Below are positions 56,007-64,000 of a DNA stretch of 64,000 nucleotides, piece by piece. Origin of the DNA: a virus (taxonomy: Duplodnaviria; Heunggongvirae; Uroviricota; Caudoviricetes); IMG/VR virus record IMGVR_UViG_3300045971_000195, positions 1 through 64,000 of that record. One strand, 5' to 3'. Each line of letters starts with the position of its first letter. The first letter of the stretch is position 1. Under the pieces are notes generated by a model, which saw nothing but the letters and a program-made list of their open reading frames with translations, was not told where the DNA came from and did no database searches. The position numbers were made by a program, and so were the translations under genes.

Positions 56007-56551
56007 TCTTCAACTGGAAGTGGAAGAGCTGCATCGTATTCCTTCATAATACGGATACCCCAGTCAAACGCAATATTAGCTTCATCAGCCATGCTGTCAT
56101 TTAACTTATTACGGATAGTTACTTTAAGTTTTTCAACATCATCAAAATCAAGATTACGATGTGGGAACGGGAGAAGTTTGCGAATAATTTGGCCACCGTG
56201 CAAATCACCCATGTGCCACACATAAAGATGTGCCATAATTTTATCCGGCTGTCCTACTAGATCTAGTATGTAGCGACAATAATCGATGGTAACTTTATTA
56301 ATTTTCGGAAAGTTGCCATTGCACATTTCTTTTGCGTCGAGATAAAGATTTACAGCACGTTCAACTTCTAAGCAATCAAGTGTTAGCTTTTCGTATCGTG
56401 CGACATTTTCAATTGAATCATAAAACACTGATTTTTGATAAGTGTAATCTGCCCAGACTTCATGAGTCATACGACCCTTAATTGCAGCTCGCATAAAGTT
56501 AGTGCGTTCTGCTTCTGTGTGCTTATCTTTAGTTAAATCTTTTAAACTCAT
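56003..56551 (-). CDS. heme oxygenase
   Basis: 'LKDLTKDKHTEAERTNFMRAAIKGRMT' (proximal His helix) and 'AHLYVWHMGDLHGGQIIRK' match HO-1 blocks. Confidence 0.8.
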   Translation of the reverse strand: MSLKDLTKDKHTEAERTNFMRAAIKGRMTHEVWADYTYQKSVFYDSIENVARYEKLTLDCLEVERAVNLYLDAKEMCNGNFPKINKVTIDYCRYILDLVGQPDKIMAHLYVWHMGDLHGGQIIRKLLPFPHRNLDFDDVEKLKVTIRNKLNDSMADEANIAFDWGIRIMKEYDAALPLPVEE

Positions 56552-56880
56552 TCTGTTTCTACTTTAATTAATAGTGGATGCCCATATTGACGAGCAAGGC
56601 CAGTAGCCTCGACACCCTTCTGCTCTGCGATTTCAAAAGGATAAATTCCTGCAACTGCATAACCATCATTATGAATTTTCATAGTTAAGTCCAGTGCAAT
56701 ACTTTCAGAATGTCGAAACACCTTAATTAACATTGCCACTACAAAATCAACTGGAGTCTTGTCATCGTTATACACAACAACTTTATATTTGCTAGGTTCC
56801 TGAATTTTAATTTTATTAGTAGCGCGGGTTTTAGTAATCGTTTCTGACATTGTAATTCCTATTATGTGTGTATTTAACAA
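56548..56880 (-). CDS. clpS: ClpS-like Clp protease adaptor
   Basis: 'YKVVVYNDDKTPVDFVVAMLIKVF' ClpS core. Confidence 0.7.
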   Translation of the reverse strand: MLNTHIIGITMSETITKTRATNKIKIQEPSKYKVVVYNDDKTPVDFVVAMLIKVFRHSESIALDLTMKIHNDGYAVAGIYPFEIAEQKGVEATGLARQYGHPLLIKVETE

Positions 56881-56904
56881 AGTGGGGGTCTCCCCCCACT
56901 TATT

Positions 56905-57405
56905 TTAAGTAGATTTAATTGAGATCTTTTTAGGTTTCTTTTCTTCGGGGATGTTGCGTATTAAGTTGATAAGCAGTAAGCCATCTCGTATTTCAGCATC
57001 CCCGACTTCCAGAAACCCTTCCAGTCTAAAGAATCTTTCAAAGTTCCGAGCACTTAACCCTCTATGCATGTATTCACCTGTAGGGTGCTCGGTTGCTTTT
57101 GTGCCAGTTACAATCAAATGATTGTTTTGTACAGTTAGCTCAATCTCATCTTTGCGGAAACCCGCGACTGCGATTTGAATCTCGTAATTATCCTCATCAT
57201 GTTTAATGACATTATGTGGAGGGTAGTTATTTTGGATTTGGTTAGCAAATCGTGATTCGAAATCGTTAATGATTTGATCAAAACCTACAAGGGCTCTGTT
57301 TAGAGAGGTGGTATCGAAACGTACTAATTGATTCATAGTTTTCTCCTTTATTAAGCAAGAATCATATTGGGCACCATTGCCCGGTTTTTGTAGAACCCGA
57401 AGCAT
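56905..57405 (-). CDS. Hsp20/alpha-crystallin small heat-shock protein
   Basis: 'YEIQIAVAGFRKDEIELTVQNNHLIVTG' ACD pattern. Confidence 0.7.
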   Translation of the reverse strand: MLRVLQKPGNGAQYDSCLIKEKTMNQLVRFDTTSLNRALVGFDQIINDFESRFANQIQNNYPPHNVIKHDEDNYEIQIAVAGFRKDEIELTVQNNHLIVTGTKATEHPTGEYMHRGLSARNFERFFRLEGFLEVGDAEIRDGLLLINLIRNIPEEKKPKKISIKST

Positions 57406-57418
57406 TCTACTATTTTAT

Positions 57419-57910
57419 TTATCCCTGAAAGATCTCATCTAGCCAAATTTTGCATTCTGGCCATTGTTTGTAAATGTGCGATCTGCCGCCTGCATCACGC
57501 CATTCAATACAGTTACTTGTTCTATCGTCAATCAAAATATCGCCGGGTTTACAGTGTCGATATTTGTCATGGCTAAAAGGCCCAAAAAATACAGGAATTC
57601 CTTCAAAGTGCTTGTGTGCCCACCAAACTTTGTCTTGTGCTGCAAACGGTACAGAATAGTCATGCGGTAGTGCTGATAGGAATGCTAAGTTGTCTGCTTT
57701 ACCGTTTGCTACTTGATCCCGACAGTATTGCACAAGTTCTGTAGCACCGGGTTTTAGATCAAGTTTTGAATAGAATCGATGATCATTCTTTAGTCGAGCC
57801 CAATCGTAGTTAGGAATGCGTTCAACATTGCCCCACTTCATACCTAAGTAATCTTGGGCATGCGTGATCCAATCTGCAACCACATCGTCCATATCTAAGT
57901 AAATATCCAT
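57419..57910 (-). CDS. 5'(3')-deoxyribonucleotidase-like HAD hydrolase
   Basis: 'IYLDMDDVVADW' (DxDx[TV] plus ADW). Confidence 0.55.
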   Translation of the reverse strand: MDIYLDMDDVVADWITHAQDYLGMKWGNVERIPNYDWARLKNDHRFYSKLDLKPGATELVQYCRDQVANGKADNLAFLSALPHDYSVPFAAQDKVWWAHKHFEGIPVFFGPFSHDKYRHCKPGDILIDDRTSNCIEWRDAGGRSHIYKQWPECKIWLDEIFQG

Positions 57911-57917
57911 TTTGTTC

Positions 57918-58187
57918 CTAAGTTGACCATTTCAATATAAACAGTATAACATCTTTTTCGTTACTTAGCAACCAGTTGCTACCCAACCCTTGTATTTTCC
58001 CCCCACAGTGCTTATCTGCCCATTCTTTAATATCAACCCGCGAATAGTGATCTGCCGATTTACATTGTATCCACCCTTGTTCGCATAACATTCGAGTCAT
58101 AATTTCAAAGTCGATTTCTTTTCGGATCTCGTCTGCTAACATATCGGAAAGTTCTTTAGATATTGACTTTGACATTATTAGCTCCAC
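57918..58187 (-). CDS. F-x-L-R-W family small protein (array member 1)
   Basis: 89 aa; C-terminal 'ILFILKWST'. Confidence 0.5.
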   Translation of the reverse strand: MELIMSKSISKELSDMLADEIRKEIDFEIMTRMLCEQGWIQCKSADHYSRVDIKEWADKHCGGKIQGLGSNWLLSNEKDVILFILKWST

Positions 58188-58402
58188 AGCAATGCGAACA
58201 TTGTTTTAGTTGCGTCATCGACATACGAATCGTGTATCTCTGCCTGCCACTGTATCTTTTGATTATCTGGAGTAACTGATACCCACATAGACCAACCTTC
58301 GCCGCGATACATGCCACCTGATTGGCGCTGCGGCGGCCCTACATTTGATGCGAGCCAGTTTGCAATAGAATCTACTTTGCCGGAATTAATTTTTATCTTC
58401 AC
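58178..58402 (-). CDS. F-x-L-R-W family small protein (array member 2)
   Basis: 74 aa; 'ANWLASNVGP…TMFALLWS'. Confidence 0.5.
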   Translation of the reverse strand: MKIKINSGKVDSIANWLASNVGPPQRQSGGMYRGEGWSMWVSVTPDNQKIQWQAEIHDSYVDDATKTMFALLWS

Positions 58403-58686
58403 GTTCTTGCCAATTCTAATAATATTTTGTATTGTTCGTATGCCTTCATTACTGTGGTGTTGTTCTTCCTAACAATAGTGTCTGCTTCTATTTCGTACAA
58501 CGTAGTAGCAAGCTCTGTAAACTTTTGGCCATCCATTGTCATTTCAACAGTTGAACCTCTAAACACCTTTGTCGGATAACTACCCATAACTTCAACATTA
58601 ACAGTATCATACTTAACTTCAAGTCGTTGCGGATAGTAAGTTTGTTGAAAACTTCTATAAACTTCTTCGTTCACGGAGTACTCCAT
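58399..58686 (-). CDS. hypothetical small protein within array (95 aa, family motif not evident)
   Basis: ORF with 4-nt overlap to neighbour. Confidence 0.4.
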   Translation of the reverse strand: MEYSVNEEVYRSFQQTYYPQRLEVKYDTVNVEVMGSYPTKVFRGSTVEMTMDGQKFTELATTLYEIEADTIVRKNNTTVMKAYEQYKILLELART

Positions 58687-58916
58687 CGCAACACGAACAT
58701 TGTAGCATCTTTTGGATTTTTAAAAAAGAATGTTGGGTCCTTTTGAATCCAGCCGCATTTCCAACGGCCTTTGCTATTACTTTTGCCAAAAGTATCTTCG
58801 CACCATTGTCGTTGCTCCGGTACCTTTCCAACATGCAGCAGGCCACCGGTAATCGCTACTTTTATTTTATACTTGCTTCGACGTGTTGTGTGTTTTAGCA
58901 TAATCATACTCCCCAC
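58671..58916 (-). CDS. F-x-L-R-W family small protein (array member 3)
   Basis: 'RQWCEDTFG…ATMFVLRWSTP'. Confidence 0.55.
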   Translation of the reverse strand: MGSMIMLKHTTRRSKYKIKVAITGGLLHVGKVPEQRQWCEDTFGKSNSKGRWKCGWIQKDPTFFFKNPKDATMFVLRWSTP

Positions 58917-59317
58917 CTTAGTAAAAACATTAGATAATCTTTCTCATCGCGGAAATGAATACTTGATTCGTATCTGTGCCACCAACGACTCCAAGCATCT
59001 GGACGTTTATCATGTTTTCCAAATTGTTTTGCACACCATTCATCTACTTCATCATAGAAGGTTGCATCAAACTCTGCTATGTACCATTTAGCACGGCTGA
59101 ATTTGTACTTCTTGTGGAACTTAACAATGTTAGGATCCTGTGTTGTCATTTTTTGCGTGAATATTAATCCTGCAGAAAGCGGCATAGGCTGTACGCCTAT
59201 AATTTGTTGTGCAATCAACGATGGCATCATTTTTGTTATCATCGGCAGTATTACGTTTTTCATTTTTGTTTCAATATAAAAAATGTTAAGTATTTTTCGG
59301 GAATATCTAACTCCCAT
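58904..59317 (-). CDS. F-x-L-R-W family protein (array member 4, 137 aa)
   Basis: 'DEWCAKQFG…YLMFLLRWGV'. Confidence 0.55.
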   Translation of the reverse strand: MGVRYSRKILNIFYIETKMKNVILPMITKMMPSLIAQQIIGVQPMPLSAGLIFTQKMTTQDPNIVKFHKKYKFSRAKWYIAEFDATFYDEVDEWCAKQFGKHDKRPDAWSRWWHRYESSIHFRDEKDYLMFLLRWGV

Positions 59318-59463
59318 TTAATATTAGGAACCGGAACAACTGACATTGCCTCTACTATCTCAAGACACTTTAGTTTATCAATATCGTATTCAACACACAT
59401 CTTGATTAAATTTATTGCTGTCATACACGGCAACGGATCTAAATCTACTATCATTTCCCCCAC
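59260..59463 (-). CDS. possible degenerate array member (67 aa)
   Basis: 'KYLTFFILKQK' C-terminus; overlaps neighbour substantially. Confidence 0.3.
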   Translation of the reverse strand: MGEMIVDLDPLPCMTAINLIKMCVEYDIDKLKCLEIVEAMSVVPVPNIKWELDIPEKYLTFFILKQK

Positions 59464-59723
59464 CTTATTAAAAACATTGTCTTATCGCTTGCTTTAACAA
59501 AATACATCCATCCTGGATATCCATTTCCCCTATACCATGTATCTGTTGCGAACGTTTGCTCACACCACTTGCTCATTGCTAAAATCTCTGCATCGTAATA
59601 ATTGATTAGAGATGCACGATGTGGCATAACTACCCGATTCACTCCGTAATCTACAACAAGCGAATCTTTTGGGATTACTTTTATCTTCCGTTTCTTCTTG
59701 GGCTTTTTCATTTGCCGGCCCAT
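59451..59723 (-). CDS. F-x-L-R-W family small protein (array member 5)
   Basis: 'SKWCEQTFA…KTMFLIRWGK'. Confidence 0.55.
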   Translation of the reverse strand: MGRQMKKPKKKRKIKVIPKDSLVVDYGVNRVVMPHRASLINYYDAEILAMSKWCEQTFATDTWYRGNGYPGWMYFVKASDKTMFLIRWGK

Positions 59724-59920
59724 CGTAGTAGAAACATCAAATGATCCTTTTCGCTATAAAAATAAATTCTTCCGATCCTAACAAACCATCTTCCTGCACT
59801 TACTGGACCTAAATTGTCCGTTAGCCAAGTTACTAACTCTTTTGGTACACCCACTGACTGGTTTAATTCTACAATATGGTATTCGTGATTTACTTTAATT
59901 TCCATTATTATTTCCCCCAC
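59708..59920 (-). CDS. F-x-L-R-W family small protein (array member 6)
   Basis: 'VTWLTDNLGP…HLMFLLRWAGK'. Confidence 0.55.
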   Translation of the reverse strand: MGEIIMEIKVNHEYHIVELNQSVGVPKELVTWLTDNLGPVSAGRWFVRIGRIYFYSEKDHLMFLLRWAGK

Positions 59921-60162
59921 CTTAATAAAAAGAGTGTTAAATCTTGCTTGTCTCTAAATCGTATTTCACCCCACATTATATCATCTTTCCACCGTGGACG
60001 AGATGTATCAACTACTAATCCTGGAGCTCCGTATATTTCCTTGCACCATGTCCGCATGTCGTCCCGTTTCGCGTTCTCTGCCCTTAGTGCAGCGCCCCAA
60101 GCATTAAAGGCAGCTACCCAATAACCGAATTCAGTAAATTCTTGATATACATGAAATTTCAC
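59908..60162 (-). CDS. F-x-L-R-W family small protein (array member 7)
   Basis: 'RTWCKEIYG…LTLFLLRWGK'. Confidence 0.55.
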   Translation of the reverse strand: MKFHVYQEFTEFGYWVAAFNAWGAALRAENAKRDDMRTWCKEIYGAPGLVVDTSRPRWKDDIMWGEIRFRDKQDLTLFLLRWGK

Positions 60163-60386
60163 AAGTGTCCAAACTTTAAAGCAAACACAAGGGCGGGACG
60201 TTCGTTTTCAAACTGAAAGATTGTCCCGCCACCTTGCAGCCATTGCACATAGTATCTGTCAAAATCGCTTGCTTCGCTTATATTTGTACTGCACCAATTA
60301 AACATTGCATCAGTACTATCTTTAACTTTCACTTTATGGCGGAAATTAGGATTAGACATGCCGCCCTCGCTATGATATCTTTTCAT
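60159..60386 (-). CDS. F-x-L-R-W family small protein (array member 8)
   Basis: 'FNWCSTNIS…ALVFALKFGHL'. Confidence 0.5.
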   Translation of the reverse strand: MKRYHSEGGMSNPNFRHKVKVKDSTDAMFNWCSTNISEASDFDRYYVQWLQGGGTIFQFENERPALVFALKFGHL

Positions 60387-60628
60387 CGCTTTATAATATA
60401 ATTGCTATACTGTAATATAAACATACTTGCATGCTTTTCAGTGTAAAATGAAAATACTGTGTGTCTTATTGTAAAGTCAAACGTATCGTTTTCATACCTC
60501 TCTGATATTCCCCCGGGGTTGAAACTAAAATCAAAGTCCACTCCTTGTACCATTCCTTGCTTTCGCAAAGACTGAACAATATCAGTTACTTCATTAGCTT
60601 TCTTCTTCCATAGCTTAACTTCGATCAT
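60383..60628 (-). CDS. F-x-L-R-W family small protein (array member 9, divergent)
   Basis: 'KHASMFILQYSN'. Confidence 0.45.
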   Translation of the reverse strand: MIEVKLWKKKANEVTDIVQSLRKQGMVQGVDFDFSFNPGGISERYENDTFDFTIRHTVFSFYTEKHASMFILQYSNYIIKR

Positions 60629-60839
60629 CTACATGTAATTCTCTTAAATTAGGATGACTGCCCCATCGTAGTAAAAACAGTGCTACATCTTTTTCTTCTG
60701 CAAAGTAGAACCCGTTATGACCTGCATCCCATCGTTTACCGATATTACCAAACTGGTCTCGTGCCCATTCGAAGTATTCGTTCTCCAACGGAGCAATACT
60801 CGTATCTCTAATAAAAAATTTAAAATCCATTAAACTCAC
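60615..60839 (-). CDS. F-x-L-R-W family small protein (array member 10)
   Basis: 'FEWARDQFG…VALFLLRWGSHP'. Confidence 0.55.
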   Translation of the reverse strand: MSLMDFKFFIRDTSIAPLENEYFEWARDQFGNIGKRWDAGHNGFYFAEEKDVALFLLRWGSHPNLRELHVDDRS

Positions 60840-61068
60840 TCCACCTTAATACAAACATCGACAAGTGCTTTGCTTCTTTAAACGCATAGGTTGTATTTCC
60901 AAACATACTATGCATAACCCAAATCTTGCCGTCCATACCTTCCCAAGTTTTTGGAGTTGCATAAGACCAACCGCCTAATCCAATATTTTCATGACACCAT
61001 TTTTCCATTGCTGGATGCTGATGATAGCGTTCTTTGCCAAATGTAATCCAGCTTGCTGTATTGTTCAT
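60820..61068 (-). CDS. F-x-L-R-W family small protein (array member 11)
   Basis: 'EKWCHENIG…LSMFVLRWSEF'. Confidence 0.55.
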   Translation of the reverse strand: MNNTASWITFGKERYHQHPAMEKWCHENIGLGGWSYATPKTWEGMDGKIWVMHSMFGNTTYAFKEAKHLSMFVLRWSEFNGF

Positions 61069-61460
61069 GAATATTTCAATGCTATTAACACAGCATCCTT
61101 ATCATTGTTAGTTCCTACAAACACCTGGTCACCTCCACTAAACTCATTAAAGTGAAAGCATCCGTCCCAGCGATTCTTTTCGCCTCTTGCAAAGTGATAC
61201 ACTGTGCAATTATCTAAGTCTCGTCGAGGGTACATATACTGTTGAAAGTCTTTATTAGGTACCCAACCATGCGGTTCGTTGTGATCAAATATTTTGGTAG
61301 ACACAGGAAGTATATACTTAAAGTTCATAAACATATTTTCAATTGTATTAGCACGGCGAACAATATTTTCTTCTTGCCACTTACGCCAATCTCGTTCTTG
61401 CTTTGATAAGCCAGTTCGCCATGTAAGCCACTTGTCTTTTATGTACGCTTTCATGCCCAC
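61065..61460 (-). CDS. F-x-L-R-W-related protein (array member 12, 131 aa, divergent)
   Basis: 'DKDAVLIALKYS' C-terminus. Confidence 0.45.
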   Translation of the reverse strand: MGMKAYIKDKWLTWRTGLSKQERDWRKWQEENIVRRANTIENMFMNFKYILPVSTKIFDHNEPHGWVPNKDFQQYMYPRRDLDNCTVYHFARGEKNRWDGCFHFNEFSGGDQVFVGTNNDKDAVLIALKYS

Positions 61461-61729
61461 CTCAATATAAACATAGTACGATCTGCTTCATTTCGAAACC
61501 AAAATCGTTGGTCATTCATATACCAACGTTGACATCCTTCGTCCCAACAGCTTGCAGGTTCTCCAAATATTTTAGTTGTCCACTTCTCCATCTCTTGCCA
61601 GTTCGCAAACACTGGCCTTACAACAAAATACTTTGCACCGTGCAACCGCTTTTCTTCTATATACATTTTCGATTCCGGAATGTAAGGGCAATATATCGAA
61701 GCATGCAATGTTGTTAGTACCCTGACCAT
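61451..61729 (-). CDS. F-x-L-R-W family small protein (array member 13)
   Basis: 'EKWTTKIFG…RTMFILRWA'. Confidence 0.55.
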   Translation of the reverse strand: MVRVLTTLHASIYCPYIPESKMYIEEKRLHGAKYFVVRPVFANWQEMEKWTTKIFGEPASCWDEGCQRWYMNDQRFWFRNEADRTMFILRWA

Positions 61730-62028
61730 GCTAGTGCCAACATAGAATAAAGTTTTTCATGAACATCAAACTTATTAGCATCCACTGGCCAATTGGTACT
61801 CGGATGTTCATACCAAAGTTCTTTAGATTGATTTCGAATCCAATAGCCTGCTTGCGACGATACTAATACAGTATACCACATTGAACCATCTACTACTGCT
61901 TTATCAATCATTGTAATCTTTCTAGTTAGTATATTCCGCGCATGTACATAGTACATGCTCTTTCCAGTATGCCGTGCGGAATATACTATAGGCATCTCGC
62001 TGTTTTCTATCGACACAACTTCTTTCAT
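61714..62028 (-). CDS. hypothetical protein (104 aa)
   Basis: ORF overlapping array start. Confidence 0.4.
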   Translation of the reverse strand: MKEVVSIENSEMPIVYSARHTGKSMYYVHARNILTRKITMIDKAVVDGSMWYTVLVSSQAGYWIRNQSKELWYEHPSTNWPVDANKFDVHEKLYSMLALAWSGY

Positions 62029-62861
62029 ACTTCAAAGTAGAATGCAGGGTCGAAGATCGTTGCTTGAAACTCATGTCCTGCATAACCACGAGGGTTACTC
62101 ATCACATGCGTATCGCCAATCATGTAATCAACTGGATCATGCATGTGTCCGTGAACCCATGCTTGAATCTGCGGATGATCCATAATGAACTCGGTTAAAT
62201 TACTATGATAACCAAAATTCATATGGAAGTCCCGACCGTCTTGATAATGCGGAGCAATACTCAACGGGCTAGGTGCATGATGACTAATAACAACAACCTT
62301 ATCGTTTTCGTGACAGTCCAAAAACAACTTTAACGATTCTACAGTCTCTTTGAATACACCTGCAACATAAGCAGGAGTGAACTTGTTTGTATAGTATGAG
62401 TCACCGTAAGGCAACTGAATCTTAATACTATCGCCGTGCTTGATTGAAGAGAAATCGTACATACTTTGCTCAACAACTTGCATAGTCAGCGGATCACGCT
62501 TGTTCATATCAGTCCAGAACGTTCCCCCGAAGAAATGCACATCCTCGATCTGCATACTTTCTGCTTCGAGGATACGGACGTTATCGGGCATTTCACGCTT
62601 TAAGCGTGCCGGAGTATCTTGGTAACTATTGCTGTAATGTTCATGATTACCCAAAACGTAAATTACCTGTTCGTACTTAATGAATTCTTCGTTGATAAAA
62701 CGACGATACCGATCTGCAAGGAACGTGTCCTTTTTAGTATTATCTGCAAGACGTAAGTGCCCTGCTTCCATAATATCACCCGCAGCGATAAGGACATCTC
62801 CGCCAGGAAGAATCAGATCTTCAAAATTCAAATGCACATCGGAAATCAAATTAATTTTCAT
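62025..62861 (-). CDS. calcineurin-like metallophosphoesterase (278 aa)
   Basis: 'ISDVHLN', 'GDIME', 'GNHEHY', 'GHMHD' motifs; consensus promoter immediately upstream. Confidence 0.7.
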   Translation of the reverse strand: MKINLISDVHLNFEDLILPGGDVLIAAGDIMEAGHLRLADNTKKDTFLADRYRRFINEEFIKYEQVIYVLGNHEHYSNSYQDTPARLKREMPDNVRILEAESMQIEDVHFFGGTFWTDMNKRDPLTMQVVEQSMYDFSSIKHGDSIKIQLPYGDSYYTNKFTPAYVAGVFKETVESLKLFLDCHENDKVVVISHHAPSPLSIAPHYQDGRDFHMNFGYHSNLTEFIMDHPQIQAWVHGHMHDPVDYMIGDTHVMSNPRGYAGHEFQATIFDPAFYFEV

Positions 62862-62885
62862 GGCTATCCTTAAAAATATTACTCT

Positions 62886-62922
62886 CTTAATACAATTATA
62901 ACAGGTATTACCTAATCTGTCA
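62886..62922 (-). promoter_or_regulatory. sigma70-type promoter TTGACA-N17-TATAAT
   Basis: minus-strand reading CTTGACAGATTAGGTAATACCTGTTATAAT. Confidence 0.65.
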
Positions 62923-63430
62923 AGTCTAATCTGTAGTTAGAAGCGAGCAAAGCTCACTTGAGATGTCGCTTATCGCTCATCTCTTTTATAGAGAGAAGAT
63001 ATATTATCCAGATTCTGGAGTCAGATTTTGCCCTTTTTACGGGCAAAAAAAATGAAATTATCCGAGTTCCTTTCATCGGTAGCATGTGGCGTGTATAGAG
63101 GCGGTCATCCGGTACCTCGAGCCATGATCTTATATATGACGGCGGACTGTACATGCAAGCTACCACATATACAGCCGTGGGAGTACTACTCCCTCATTTA
63201 GCCTTTGGTGAAACATATTCAAACAGCAAAATCGGTTGTACGTAGGCGTATCCGATCATCATCCTTGCGGGTAGTTGCTAAGTACTTTTTTTGACCAAAA
63301 AGAATTTACTGTCCCCGTGACCCTAGGTCCGGTTATCATAGGCACACGGAATAAGCCTGTGCAAGCATCATGTCATAGTTGTTTATTATATAACAAATCT
63401 TAAAGTACATGTTTGGTTAAATACATATAT

Positions 63431-64000
63431 TATGCTCAAACCAAAAACACAAGACGCAATTTCAGCCAGCTTAGAAAAACTTAAAACAGACGGAAACTAT
63501 CGTGTGTTCACAGATATCCTAAGAGAACGTGGAAAGTTCCCTAACGCAATTTACTATGGACGTTACAATATTAAACACATTACTAATTGGTGTTCAAACG
63601 ACTACTTAGGTATGGGACAACACAAAGTAGTGCTCGATGCTATGCATACCGCTTTGGATCATGCCGGTGCCGGCGCCGGGGGGACACGCAACATTTCCGG
63701 AACAACTCACTATCATGTTGCACTAGAAAGCGAACTTGCGAAATTACACGATAAAACATGTGCTTTGACCTTTACAAGTGGCTATGTTGCTAACCAGTCA
63801 ACTCTGTCGGTTTTAGGTCTTTTATTGCCTAATGTCCACTATATTTCAGACGAAAACAATCATAATTCGATGATTGTAGGCATTAGATCTAGTAAAGCAC
63901 CTAGAACAGTGTGGCGTCACAATGATCTCAAACATTTAAAAGAAATCCTAGAAAGCTTAGACCCCGCTTGCCAACCCATAATTGCAATGGAGGGAGTGTA
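63431..64000 (+). CDS. hemA: 5-aminolevulinate synthase (ALAS/HemA-type), 5' partial (runs off window)
   Basis: hand translation: '…WCSNDYLGMGQH…GAGAGGTRNISGTTHYH…FTSGYVANQ…DENNHNSMI' close to ALAS consensus; not in ORF track because no stop in window. Confidence 0.8.

Noticed and set aside
58655-58846. 63-aa ORF 58655..58846 inside the paralog array
   Set aside because: It overlaps array member 58671..58916 almost completely in another frame and lacks the family motif. Likely non-coding.
63040-63075. GCCCTTTTTACGGGC hairpin flanked by T-run and A-run in the 62862-63430 gap
   Set aside because: The U-tract is on the wrong side for either transcription direction implied by neighbouring genes. 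It could be a bidirectional element, but the evidence is too weak to call a terminator.
1-64000. CRISPR arrays, rRNA genes, integrase or transposase genes
   Set aside because: No regularly spaced direct repeats with unique spacers were seen. No 16S/23S-like sequence was seen. No tyrosine/serine recombinase or DDE motifs were recognised.

Overview
This window looks like part of a large tailed phage genome (T4-like or jumbo-phage style), read by hand without any search tools. The evidence is three-fold. First, gene packing is dense and the left ~42 kb is almost entirely minus-strand. Second, at least 11 textbook sigma70-type promoters (TTGACA-N17-TATAAT) sit on the minus strand. Third, a roughly 27 kb tRNA island (about 50 tRNA or tRNA-like genes, all minus-strand) is interrupted by free-standing HNH and GIY-YIG homing endonucleases. 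Recognisable cargo falls into these groups:
- proteolysis and stress: ClpP, ClpS, Hsp20;
- tetrapyrrole metabolism: a heme oxygenase and ferredoxin-type bilin reductase pair, a hemerythrin-like protein, and a truncated 5-aminolevulinate synthase at the right edge;
- signalling: a BLUF blue-light sensor, a CheY-like receiver, a Cys-based protein phosphatase and a short Caulobacter-like flagellin;
- RNA-related functions: an RNA ligase plus metallophosphoesterase pair (RNA repair), a vWA/DUF2828-type protein, an RpoZ(omega)-like protein and an SPFH/band-7 protein;
- a plus-strand glycan-biosynthesis island: dTDP-sugar enzymes, a DegT-type aminotransferase, a split transketolase, and GT17-, GT34- and GT9-like glycosyltransferases.
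The most unusual items are a 3.8 kb tandem array of about 13 overlapping small paralogous genes with a conserved C-terminal F-x-L-R-W motif, a set of non-canonical tRNA-derived elements, and a repeat family with covarying inverted termini that abuts tRNA 3' ends. All tRNA anticodons and coordinates were derived by eye and need tRNAscan-SE confirmation.
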